Shown here: positions 51,788 through 60,825 of the stretch, one piece after another
Layout of the letters: each line of letters starts with the position of its first letter
Position numbering within the stretch: the stretch's first letter is position 1
Made by a program: the position numbers and the translations under genes
NCBI GenBank assembly: GCA_040005235.1
Contig: JBDTZG010000024.1
Coordinates: 10,021-74,020, forward strand
Length of the DNA stretch: 64,000 nucleotides
Reading direction: 5' to 3'
Source of the DNA: Acidobacteriota bacterium
GTDB lineage: Bacteria; Acidobacteriota; Thermoanaerobaculia; Multivoradales; UBA5704
The notes under the pieces: model-generated
Databases searched by the model: none
The model's input: only the letters and a program-made list of their open reading frames with translations
What the model was told of the DNA's origin: nothing

Positions 51788-54700
51788 ATGCGCCGCACGA
51801 TCGTCTGTTTTTTCGCGCTCGCCACTCTGCTCTCGCTCCCATCGCTCGGCGCAAGTGCCGGAATCGATCCCGCCTTGCTCGCGGGACTCAAGGCGCGATC
51901 GATCGGTCCGGCGGCGATGAGCGGCCGGATCGCCGCGATCGATTCGGACCCACGCAATCCCTCGGTGATCTGGATCGGTTCCGCCACCGGCGGCGTCTGG
52001 AAATCCGAAAGCGCCGGCCTCACCTGGGAGCCGGTTTTCGACGATCAGCCGGTCGCCTCGATTGGCGCGGTGGCGATCGATCCGACGAACTCCGCGGTGG
52101 TCTGGGTGGGTACCGGCGAGGGCAACCCACGCAACAGCGTCTCGATCGGCGAAGGGCTGTTCAAAACCCTCGACAGCGGCAAGACCTGGAAGCGGATGGG
52201 GCTTGAGAAGACGGAGCACATCCATCGGATCGCGATCGACCCGCGCAACCCCCAAACCGCCTACGTGGCGGCCCTCGGCAAGATTTGGGGCGAGAACCCC
52301 GAGCGTGGCGTCTACAAGACGACCGACGGCGGCGCCACATGGCGGCGCGTGCTCTACGTCGACGAGCGCACCGGCGCCGCGGACCTGGTGATGGACCCGA
52401 GCAACCCGAACAAGCTGTACGCGGCGATGTGGGACTACCGGCGCTGGCCGTACAAATTTCGCTCCGGCGGCCCGGGCTCGGGGCTCTACGTGAGCAACGA
52501 CGGCGGCGAAAACTGGAAGCGGCTGACCGAGGACGACGGCCTGCCGAAAGGCGAGCTGGGCCGGATCGGTCTTGCGATCGCGCCCTCGAACCCGAAAATC
52601 GTCTACGCGCTGGTCGAGGCGAAGAAGCCGGCCCTGCTCCGATCGGACGACGGGGGCCTGACCTGGGATGCGGTCAACAGCGATCCGGACATCAACGAGC
52701 GGCCCTTCTATTTCGCCGACATCCGCGTCGATTCGGCCGATCCGAACCGCCTCTATCGGCTGGAGGTGTCGCTCGACGTCTCGACCGACGCGGGCAAGAC
52801 CTGGAAGACCTTGGCGAGCTCAAGCGCGGCGCATCCCGATCATCATGCGCTCTGGGTCGATCCGCTCGATCCGAACCACCTGATCGACGGCAACGACGGA
52901 GGCGTGTTCACCACTCGCGACCATGGGGACACCTGGTCGTTCGCGGGGGGCCTGCCGCTCTCTCAGCTCTACCACATAAGGTACGACAACGACCTGCCGT
53001 ACCACGTCTACGGCGGCTTGCAGGACAACGGCTCGTGGCGCGGCCCCTCCTCCGTCTGGGAGGGTGGCGATATCCGCAACCTGCATTGGCAGGAGGTCTG
53101 CTTCGGCGACGGTTTCGATACCGCCCCGGATCCGCGCGATTCCTCAAAAGGGTACGCGATGAGCCAAGGGGGCGCGCTGATTCGCTGGGATCTGAACACC
53201 GGCGAGCGCAAATCGATCCAACCGGTGCGCGAAAAGGATGGCCCTGAGCTGCGCTTCAACTGGAACTCCGCCCTCGGCCTCGATCCGTTCGACCCTGACA
53301 CGATCTATTACGGCAGCCAGTTCGTCCACAAATCGGTCGACCGAGGCGAGACCTGGACGGTGATCAGCCCCGATCTCACCACCAACCGCGCCGAGTGGCA
53401 GCCGAAGGAAACCGGCGGCGTGACCCAGGACGTGACGGGCGCCGAGAATTACACGACGCTGCTCGCCATCGAACCGAGCCCCAAGGCGAAGGACCTGCTC
53501 TGGGTGGGTTCGGACGACGGTCGCTTGCAGATCACGCGGAACGGCGGCAAGGATTGGACGAGTGTCGAAGGCCACGTCCCCGGCGTCCCGGCGAACACGT
53601 GGATTCCGCACATCCACGTTTCGACCTACGACCCGGCGACGGCGTTCGTGGTGTTCGACGACCACCGGCGCGCGAATTACGCCACTTACGTCTACCGGAC
53701 CGACGACTACGGCAAGACCTGGAAGAGCCTCGCGACGCCGGACCTTCGCGGCTACGCCCTCGCGATCACCCAAGATCCTGTCACCCCGAATCTGCTGTTC
53801 CTGGGCACCGAATTCGGCCTCTGGTTCTCGCTCGATGGCGGCGGCAAGTGGTATCCCTTCCGGCATGGCCTGCCTACCGTCTCGGTGATGGACCTCGCGA
53901 TCCAGCCCCGCGATCGCGACCTGCTGATCGCCACCCATGGCCGCGGCATCTACATCGTGGACGACATCGAATCGCTGCGAGAGCTGACCGCGGCGACGCT
54001 CGCCGAGCCGCTCCATCTGTTTCCGATCGCCGACGCGCAGCAGTTTTGGGCCTCTCGCTCGACCGGACCGCGGTTCCCGGGGGGCAATGACTACAAGGGA
54101 AAGAACAGGCCCTACGGCGCTGCGCTGACGTTCGTGGTCAACAGTCCCGACCTGCCTCATCCCGACGCGGCGATCGAGCGCGAGCGAAAGGAGGCCAAGA
54201 GAAAGGCCGATGTCGCAACTCCTGAGGCGCAGAAGCCGGGCGGCGGGAACACCCCGGGCACCGAGGGCGACAAGAAGACGAAGGTGCAGATTCAGGTCAG
54301 CAACGCCGCGGGAGAGCGGGTTCGCTCGTTCGAGCAGAGAGTCACGCAGGGGGTCAACCGGGTCGCCTGGGATCTCCGCGGCGACCCCTTCAAAGAGCCG
54401 CCGACCAAGAAACCGCCCTCACCCTTCCGCTCCGGCGGGCCGCAGGTCGTCCCAGGCACCTACACGGTCAAGATCACCTATGGCGACAAGTCCGCAGAAG
54501 GCCCCGTTCGCGTGGTGGGCGATCCGCGATTCCACCTGTCGGAGGCCGATCGGGCGGCAAACGACGCCGCGATGCACCGCGCCGGAGCGCTCAAAGAGCG
54601 CGTCTCCCTCGCCGTCGAACGGATCGTCCGGACGAAATCCGACCTCAAAACGATCCTCGATCGGGTCAACCGGCGCGACGACGAGCGCCGAAGGACCGAC

Positions 54701-55039
54701 GGAACGACCGAAAAATCGTCGGAGGTCAAGGCCCTGGAGAAGGCGGCAAAAGATCTCCGCCAAAAGTTGGAAGGCGTCGAGCGGAAGCTCTGGAAGTCCG
54801 ACGAGATCGTCGGCCGCCCCAAAGGCGACGACCTGGCCTCGGAGCTTGACGATCTACTCTCCCGACTCGGCAGCTCCTGGGACGCCCCGAACGCCACGCT
54901 GCTCATGGGGATCGAAGAGGAGGAGGAAAAAGCCGGCCCGATCTTCGCGGAACTGGACGACCTGCTCACGAAGGACGTCGCGGCCTTCCGCTCGATGGTT
55001 CCGGCGGGGGAACTGGAGTTGTTGGGTGGAGGGCGGTAA
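51788..55039 (+). CDS. secreted BNR/Asp-box repeat protein, paralogue of 47551-50679
   Basis: GGGAGG RBS before the ATG at 51788; signal peptide; Asp-box repeats (SESAGLTW, TLDSGKTW, TTDGGATW, SNDGGENW and others); 1083 aa. Confidence 0.75.
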   Translation: MRRTIVCFFALATLLSLPSLGASAGIDPALLAGLKARSIGPAAMSGRIAAIDSDPRNPSVIWIGSATGGVWKSESAGLTWEPVFDDQPVASIGAVAIDPTNSAVVWVGTGEGNPRNSVSIGEGLFKTLDSGKTWKRMGLEKTEHIHRIAIDPRNPQTAYVAALGKIWGENPERGVYKTTDGGATWRRVLYVDERTGAADLVMDPSNPNKLYAAMWDYRRWPYKFRSGGPGSGLYVSNDGGENWKRLTEDDGLPKGELGRIGLAIAPSNPKIVYALVEAKKPALLRSDDGGLTWDAVNSDPDINERPFYFADIRVDSADPNRLYRLEVSLDVSTDAGKTWKTLASSSAAHPDHHALWVDPLDPNHLIDGNDGGVFTTRDHGDTWSFAGGLPLSQLYHIRYDNDLPYHVYGGLQDNGSWRGPSSVWEGGDIRNLHWQEVCFGDGFDTAPDPRDSSKGYAMSQGGALIRWDLNTGERKSIQPVREKDGPELRFNWNSALGLDPFDPDTIYYGSQFVHKSVDRGETWTVISPDLTTNRAEWQPKETGGVTQDVTGAENYTTLLAIEPSPKAKDLLWVGSDDGRLQITRNGGKDWTSVEGHVPGVPANTWIPHIHVSTYDPATAFVVFDDHRRANYATYVYRTDDYGKTWKSLATPDLRGYALAITQDPVTPNLLFLGTEFGLWFSLDGGGKWYPFRHGLPTVSVMDLAIQPRDRDLLIATHGRGIYIVDDIESLRELTAATLAEPLHLFPIADAQQFWASRSTGPRFPGGNDYKGKNRPYGAALTFVVNSPDLPHPDAAIERERKEAKRKADVATPEAQKPGGGNTPGTEGDKKTKVQIQVSNAAGERVRSFEQRVTQGVNRVAWDLRGDPFKEPPTKKPPSPFRSGGPQVVPGTYTVKITYGDKSAEGPVRVVGDPRFHLSEADRAANDAAMHRAGALKERVSLAVERIVRTKSDLKTILDRVNRRDDERRRTDGTTEKSSEVKALEKAAKDLRQKLEGVERKLWKSDEIVGRPKGDDLASELDDLLSRLGSSWDAPNATLLMGIEEEEEKAGPIFAELDDLLTKDVAAFRSMVPAGELELLGGGR

Positions 55040-55191
55040 CGGCAGGGGAAGCTCACCGAACTCGTTCGGGAGGCCCCTTTCAGCCCACCACGGGGTACTT
55101 TTCCCTCCCCCAGGATCCGCCCGCCCGACAAGGAATAGCCGTACCTGAGCCCGCATAGCCGCCGCAGCCGATGAAAAGCGAGGAGGTGCGG

Positions 55192-55863
55192 TTATTTGCG
55201 AGTGGTACCGCGATTCTCCTCGCGGGTTGAATCGATAATCTGCATTGCGGCAGTGGTCAAGGCACCTCGGCTGAGTGTTCCGTCAAGTCTCTTGACGTTG
55301 GAGGCTATCGACGCCAGTGCCTCATAACGACTCCGAACCTCTCCAAAAAACTCGGACCCTTTTAATTCAATTACATCTCGGGCTCGCTGCCTTAATCGCT
55401 CCTCGCAGACACCTACCGGGGTATCAATCCACAAGATCAGGTCAGCAATCTCAACCGGCGTCGTCACAAAGTCAAAAACAAGCGCCAGGCGGTGGTCCAG
55501 CGCCGGTCCATAGGCTAGATTACCAAGATAAGATCGATCAACTAGAATCAGATCAAATTTCTTAAGCCTCGGTGAGATAACAATCCTGTTCGACCGCCTG
55601 CTTGCGACAGCCCACAGAAGCTCTCTCTCAATATCGTCAAGGTCGCAATTTGGACACTTACATACCCTGTCCAGGATCTCTGAAACAGTTAGTGTTCCGC
55701 CAGATAGCGTACTCGCGTAGTTATCCAAATCGCTACAAAACTCCTTTGTCGCCAAGACATTCAAATCAACTCTATAGGCAGAGTTTAGCGAATCGACCAA
55801 CGTCGTTTTTCCGCACCCATCTATTCCGTCTATCTTAACGACAACAGCCCTTGAGTTATCCAT
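55192..55863 (-). CDS. thymidylate-kinase-like (dNMP kinase family) P-loop kinase
   Basis: P-loop KIDGIDGCGKTT, DRSYLGNLAYG (the Tmk DR[YF]..S..AY motif) and a lid-like region; low GC (about 45-50 percent). Confidence 0.65.
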   Translation of the reverse strand: MDNSRAVVVKIDGIDGCGKTTLVDSLNSAYRVDLNVLATKEFCSDLDNYASTLSGGTLTVSEILDRVCKCPNCDLDDIERELLWAVASRRSNRIVISPRLKKFDLILVDRSYLGNLAYGPALDHRLALVFDFVTTPVEIADLILWIDTPVGVCEERLRQRARDVIELKGSEFFGEVRSRYEALASIASNVKRLDGTLSRGALTTAAMQIIDSTREENRGTTRK

Positions 55864-55879
55864 CCTCGTGGTTACCCGC

Positions 55880-56557
55880 TTAGCTTTCAGGCACCGGGGG
55901 AGTGAAGTCGAGCTCGTACTGTCCGATCTCCGGAATTTCTTGCAGCTCCCTTGGTATCATATGGCGAAACTTTTTAGCTTTTGTCGCGTAAAGTTGCCGA
56001 ATATTAGGATTACTGGTATCTATAACAAGCGGCTCGGTGTTCACAACTATTCCGGCGCCAGATACACCACTGATCTTATCCGGATTATTAGTCATCAGGC
56101 GAACCGCTTCAACGCCCTTCTTCTTCAGGAAATCTCCGATTCGAGAGAAATCTCGCCCCTCGGGGGCAACACCAATCTGCATGCGGGAGTCATAGGTATC
56201 AATGCCTTGTGTTTCTAGGTCTGTAGCTTTGACTTTAGCTGAAAGGCCCGCTCCCCGACCATCAATTCTGAGATATAGTAGTATACCATGTTTCTCAGCT
56301 TTAAGCCTACCCAGAGCCATCTCTAATTGTTGAGCGCAATCGCACAACTCACTGCCAAATATTTCTCCAAATACGCATTCGGAGTGGATCCGCACCAACG
56401 GCTCCAATTGACTGAACGGTGCTCCAAAATATACCGCTAGATCGCCATCTACAGCTTCAGTTAGCGACACTGATTCGACGGTAATATTCCCCCACTTTTT
56501 CGTCTTGAACGAAGCCTGCGAATGCAGAAAAGTCCTCAGGTCCATGACCGTTTCCAT
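55880..56557 (-). CDS. GTP cyclohydrolase II (RibA) homologue outside a riboflavin operon
   Basis: RIHSECVFGEIFGSELCDCAQQLEMAL (zinc-ligand Cys triad), GILLYLRIDGRGAGL, and GIDTYD...RDF...VRLMTNNPDK all align by eye with E. coli RibA. Confidence 0.75.
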   Translation of the reverse strand: METVMDLRTFLHSQASFKTKKWGNITVESVSLTEAVDGDLAVYFGAPFSQLEPLVRIHSECVFGEIFGSELCDCAQQLEMALGRLKAEKHGILLYLRIDGRGAGLSAKVKATDLETQGIDTYDSRMQIGVAPEGRDFSRIGDFLKKKGVEAVRLMTNNPDKISGVSGAGIVVNTEPLVIDTSNPNIRQLYATKAKKFRHMIPRELQEIPEIGQYELDFTPPVPES

Positions 56558-56559
56558 CC

Positions 56560-57918
56560 TTAATCATCAGGTCCAGCTTGCCTGGGAACAAACTCCTCGA
56601 TAATCTGTTCTAGTAGAGAATCTCTGTTGATTTCAGTGACACTTATCAGTCGGCTGCGAATATGATGGTGGATGTATCCAAGAAACGAGTGGCCCTTCGC
56701 TGCAACGATCCCGAGAATTGAGAGGGAGGTATCTTCCATTGCAATTCGCATAAGGCGCTGAAACTCAGGGTTCTGTAATTGTATCGGGCCAATCTCATCC
56801 ACGATGAGTAAAGCTCGGCGATGAGCGAGTCCCTTGTCAATTGCCGGCAGTACCAATTCTTTCATGGTCGCGCTGTTAAGCTCATACGTGCCACTCTCTG
56901 TTTTGAGAGCTAGCTGGCCTATATGCTGACCATCGACAGTAACTGTTTCAAAACCGATGCGCTCGCTGCCGTTTCGAATCTCACGCGTAAAGAACCCAAC
57001 GACCTCGAACCACGACGATCTATTTCGGATTTCGCAAACAGCTTTCTCAAGTAGGGTGCTTTTGCCTACACCAGGCTCGCCCGTTAAAAACAGGCACTTT
57101 GAGCTTAAGCGCCAAATATTTTCGACCTGTTTAAGGTAAAGGTCGTAAACGGTGCGCGAATCGTAGGCGTTTAGAGCGAAATCTAGTTTGTCGTCAAATG
57201 TTACTTGGAAACCTTGGAGACGTACCAGCGCCTCGCGATCCTTGAGACTAATGTGCCGAGGATCTCTTATGACGACTGTAATATCCACCGGGTACGGAAA
57301 GAACCGGACCTCGATGTTTGAAGCGAAGTCTCCTGCTTCGTTAGCAAGAATCTCAATCATTCTGAGCCCACTTTGCATTCGGTCGATCATTAGATCGGGC
57401 GTGATGAGATTTGCATTTCGGAATGCCATGAAGCCCGCAATATAATTGCTGTCGGCAACGGCAACCCACCGAAGGCGACCTCCCCTTCGCACAAAGGCCA
57501 GGAGTTCCTGTCGGCAAGTTTCCGCAATTAGCCGTCCAGTTTCTTGAACCAGAACGAGTTCTTTGTCAGCCTTGATGATCAAGTCGCGCTCGCTGGACTT
57601 TCTGGAAAAGAAATCGTCAGCCACCGTCTTATCTAGAAGACGCCTTACCACTGCTTCCACGTCACGCAGTTGAGTAAAAATCTGGTCACGAGCCGCTCGG
57701 TCTTTCAAAGTACCAAATGCAACGATTCCTAACGCAGTAGCGGTAGCTCCAACGGCGTATTCGGGCTTCCCACCAAAAGTTGCGAACCACGCAGCCAGGA
57801 CTGAAAGGCCGATGCTAAGGATCGTGTCGAAATTTGTCCAGATTAACAGTAGAAATCGCACTATTCCTCGATGAGGCGCCTTGTTTTTCGGAGAATCAGG
57901 GTTCATGGACCGGAACAC
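56560..57918 (-). CDS. membrane-anchored protein with a C-terminal THEP1-like nucleoside-triphosphatase domain
   Basis: Two N-terminal TM helices and a middle domain of unknown function. Walker A LTGEPGVGKSTL and Walker B LLIVDEIGPIQL resemble the NTPase_1/THEP1 family. Confidence 0.6.
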   Translation of the reverse strand: MFRSMNPDSPKNKAPHRGIVRFLLLIWTNFDTILSIGLSVLAAWFATFGGKPEYAVGATATALGIVAFGTLKDRAARDQIFTQLRDVEAVVRRLLDKTVADDFFSRKSSERDLIIKADKELVLVQETGRLIAETCRQELLAFVRRGGRLRWVAVADSNYIAGFMAFRNANLITPDLMIDRMQSGLRMIEILANEAGDFASNIEVRFFPYPVDITVVIRDPRHISLKDREALVRLQGFQVTFDDKLDFALNAYDSRTVYDLYLKQVENIWRLSSKCLFLTGEPGVGKSTLLEKAVCEIRNRSSWFEVVGFFTREIRNGSERIGFETVTVDGQHIGQLALKTESGTYELNSATMKELVLPAIDKGLAHRRALLIVDEIGPIQLQNPEFQRLMRIAMEDTSLSILGIVAAKGHSFLGYIHHHIRSRLISVTEINRDSLLEQIIEEFVPRQAGPDD

Positions 57919-58179
57919 CTCTTGCGGTTGCTACCAAGGCTCAGTCCGAAGCTTGGTCTTCGTAGATAGTGTACGCTATCTCTTCCGGAGAGCTCCCATC
58001 GCGCGTGGAGGTTCCTGAAGACGAACAGGCAGTCGATATCTTCCCTGTCGTTGTAGACCTGAGCGGCAATCCAGAGGTCGCTTCCATGGGTGAAGGGATC
58101 GATTGTGATGAGTTTTCACAGAGAAGAGCGGCGCGCAAAGTGCCGGCTTCGGCGGCCGCCAACGGGATCGGTCTTCCTT

Positions 58180-58510
58180 CTGGAGGGCGTGACGATTCTC
58201 CGGCAAGATCTGCTGTCCTTCTGGAAGGATCGCCTCTCTCAAGGGGTCACCGGTTTTAGGCCAATTTCACTGGTCCCTCCCAGGGGATCACTGATTTTCG
58301 GCCAAAATCACCGTTCCTTCCCGAGGGATCGCTCTTCCTTCCCAAGGGATCACTGATTTTGAGCCAAAATCACCGTTCCTTCCCGAGGGAGCACCCTTCC
58401 CTCGGTCGGGATCACTGATTTTCGGCCAAAATCGCTCTTCCCTCCCGCGGGATCGGTGATTTTGGCGCAGGATCGCCATTCCCTCAGGAAGGAACGGTGA
58501 TTTTGGGGGC
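58180..58510. repeat. tandem array of about 5-6 roughly 62-bp units, each with an imperfect palindrome GGGATCACTGATTTTCGGCCAAAATCACCG; degenerate at both ends
   Basis: Three near-identical copies of GGGATCACTGATTTT(C/G)(G/A)GCCAAAATCACCGTTCCTTCCCGAGGG, with degraded copies either side. Confidence 0.8.
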
Positions 58511-58513
58511 AAC

Positions 58514-59218
58514 CTAGCGAACGCGGCCCCCGCGCAGGCGTTCAATCAGCGCGCCCAGCGCGGCACCGATCACAACCATGGCGACGATCGGCCCGGTGTG
58601 GGACGGCAGGACGTGGCTTGGGAAGGTGAAGGGGCAGATCAGGCGCCAGGAGGAGTCGGCGAGCAGTCCAGCGGCGAGGCCGGCGAGGGCTCCGGCGGTG
58701 GCCGGTCGGAACGAGAGGCCGCGGCTCAGCAGCCAAAGGCCGATCAACAGGAGCGGCGAGGCGATCAGGAATTCGTAGTACAGGCAGGCGTTTAGCTCGA
58801 CGGGCGCCAGTCCGGGCGGGGCGGGAAAGGGGCTTTGGCGGAAGGCGAGCGCCAGGCCGGCGAGGTGAAATCCGAAGGCGCCGAGGGCGCAGGCCCAGAG
58901 GGTGGTGCGCGGTAGGCTGCTCCCGGGAGTCGATTCGCGTAGCGCGCTGACCGCGACCATCAAAGCCAGAGACAACTGGGCGAACGAAAGTCCCCAGGCG
59001 AGGACCGCCCCCAGCTGCGGCAAGTCGGGCCGGAAGCCGTACTTGCTCCAGAACGTCGCGAGGGCCAGGAGCGTCCAAGGCACCAGCAGAATCGAGCGCT
59101 GAAACGGCGGCGCGAGCGGCTTGACGGGTTTCAGGTCGGCGTAGATCGCTCGGCGCAAGGCTTCAGGCAGAGCGGCGTCGTTTTCGTTGGTCATTTTTGG
59201 ATCGCTCATGGTGATCAT
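58514..59218 (-). CDS. NrsF/DUF1109-like multi-TM anti-sigma factor
   Basis: Start at MITMSDPKM (59218); six predicted TM helices; immediately downstream of an ECF sigma gene. The ORF extension to 59566 overlaps that sigma gene. Confidence 0.55.
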   Translation of the reverse strand: MITMSDPKMTNENDAALPEALRRAIYADLKPVKPLAPPFQRSILLVPWTLLALATFWSKYGFRPDLPQLGAVLAWGLSFAQLSLALMVAVSALRESTPGSSLPRTTLWACALGAFGFHLAGLALAFRQSPFPAPPGLAPVELNACLYYEFLIASPLLLIGLWLLSRGLSFRPATAGALAGLAAGLLADSSWRLICPFTFPSHVLPSHTGPIVAMVVIGAALGALIERLRGGRVR

Positions 59219-59226
59219 CGGGGCGG

Positions 59227-59796
59227 TCACCCCGCCTCGCCGGCCCTCCCCGGGCCGAGCAGAATTTCTCGCAACATCACCATTCCACGATGCGCCCGGA
59301 GCTTGGCGGCCCCGCCGCGAATTCCGAGCGTCGCTCCGATCTCTTGGAACGACAGGCCCACCACGTGGTGCAGAACCAGCGCCTCGCGGCGGTCTTCCGG
59401 CACGCCCCGCAACGCCTTCGAGAGTGCCTGGCGATCGGCCAACCCCTCGACCTCCGGCGGCACCGGCAGCTCGGGGGCCTCCCCTTCGGGGAAGAGATCG
59501 AACCCCTTGCGCGACCTCGTGCGGCGGTCCATCAGGAACGCGTGGCGCGCGATCGCGAAAGCCCACGGCCGAACCGGCCGATCCCGCTGGTAGGTGTGAC
59601 GCGCTCGGTGCAGCTGGAGGAACGTCTCCTGCAACAGGTCGTCCGCGACGTTGGTGCTCCGGGTCAGTGAAATGAGGTACCTCCGCAGGGGTGGCGAGAG
59701 GGCTTGATAAAGATCTTCGAACGCTCGCCCGTCGCCCTGCTGGTACCGGACCATGAGGGCGGAGAGCTCGTCGGCCGAACCTTCGGCTGGTTCCAC
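59227..59796 (-). CDS. RNA polymerase ECF sigma factor
   Basis: Region 2 MVRYQQGDGRAFEDLYQALSPPLRRYLISLTRSTNVADDLLQETFLQLHR and region 4 LSFQEIGATLGIRGGAAKLRAHRGM; start uncertain (GTG 59796 or ATG 59754). Confidence 0.8.
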   Translation of the reverse strand: MEPAEGSADELSALMVRYQQGDGRAFEDLYQALSPPLRRYLISLTRSTNVADDLLQETFLQLHRARHTYQRDRPVRPWAFAIARHAFLMDRRTRSRKGFDLFPEGEAPELPVPPEVEGLADRQALSKALRGVPEDRREALVLHHVVGLSFQEIGATLGIRGGAAKLRAHRGMVMLREILLGPGRAGEAG

Positions 59797-59995
59797 TCCA
59801 CTCCCTCCTATGCCGCGGTCGGGGCGGCGGTTACAACGCTTCGTGGGGCGCGGCGGTCGGAAAGGCAGGCGCCGGGTGCGGCGTTCCGAAACAGATGGTG
59901 TTCGAGTGCGCAATCTATCGCAGGGAGAGCAGGATGGCGAGCAGGGGCCGGCCGGTTCCCTGTACACTTGGAGCCTGCCGAGGAGGTCCTTTTTG

Positions 59996-60286
59996 ATGTT
60001 AGAAAACGTGACGATCGATACGTTCGCCGGCCACAAAGGCTCCGCTTTTCGGATGGTCGCGGCCGAGAACCTCGCCTTGGAGGTCACGCTCGCGCAAGTG
60101 ACGGCGCTCGGCGATTCGGGGGGGCGCCAGGCCTTTTCACTGGAATTCCTGGCGCCGCTCGGCGGCCCGATCTTCCCCCAAAGTATTTATCGCTTCGAGC
60201 ATGAGGCGCTCGGCGCGCTCGACCTTTTCGCGGTGCCGCTCGGCCCGAAGGGTGGAGGTTTTCGCTACGAGGTGATCTTCACTTGA
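59996..60286 (+). CDS. small hypothetical protein (96 aa)
   Basis: GAGGAGG RBS upstream of ATG 59996; the upstream part of the ORF overlaps the sigma gene antisense. Confidence 0.4.
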   Translation: MLENVTIDTFAGHKGSAFRMVAAENLALEVTLAQVTALGDSGGRQAFSLEFLAPLGGPIFPQSIYRFEHEALGALDLFAVPLGPKGGGFRYEVIFT

Positions 60287-60803
60287 TCTCGGCGTAAGCG
60301 GGCAAAGACGCCGCCGGGCCGGGCGTGGCGCCGGGCGGTAGGTATTCCATCAGGAAGTAGACGCTGTTCTCGCCGACCTTCTTGAACCCCAAACGCTCAT
60401 AAAGGCGAAGCGCGGGATTCAGCTGCTCGACGTGGATCGTTAGCGGCAGGCAGGCCGCCGTGGCCTCTCCGATCAGGCGATTGAGGTATGCCGTTCCAAT
60501 CCCCCGGTTTCGATGGGCGGCGGCGATCGCGATGTCCATCAAGCGGATTTCCTTCAGGCGGCGATGGATGTAGAGGCGGCCCGCCCGGTCGCCATTGGCC
60601 AGGATCAGCGACAGCTCGGCCCCGGGATAATTCTCGCGGTAGAAGACGTCTTGCGCGTGGAACTGCATCGCGCAGAACCCGAACTTCTGCTCGGGGGTCC
60701 AGTCGGTCACCGAAAGCTCTTGCTCCCGCGTGCCGGCATAGAGCTCAAGCAGGAACGGTCGATCCTCTTCAGTGACCGGCCGCAACGAGAGATCGGAGGC
60801 CAT
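60279..60803 (-). CDS. GNAT family N-acetyltransferase
   Basis: Acetyl-CoA-binding motif AHRNRGIGTAYL. Confidence 0.75.
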   Translation of the reverse strand: MASDLSLRPVTEEDRPFLLELYAGTREQELSVTDWTPEQKFGFCAMQFHAQDVFYRENYPGAELSLILANGDRAGRLYIHRRLKEIRLMDIAIAAAHRNRGIGTAYLNRLIGEATAACLPLTIHVEQLNPALRLYERLGFKKVGENSVYFLMEYLPPGATPGPAASLPAYAEIK

Positions 60804-60825
60804 GCTCCCTTTCCGCTCGCGGGCG

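Noticed and set aside
58180-58510. CRISPR array hypothesis for the 62-bp repeats
   Set aside because: The inter-repeat segments are themselves conserved between units, not unique spacers. Units degrade toward both ends, and no cas genes are nearby.
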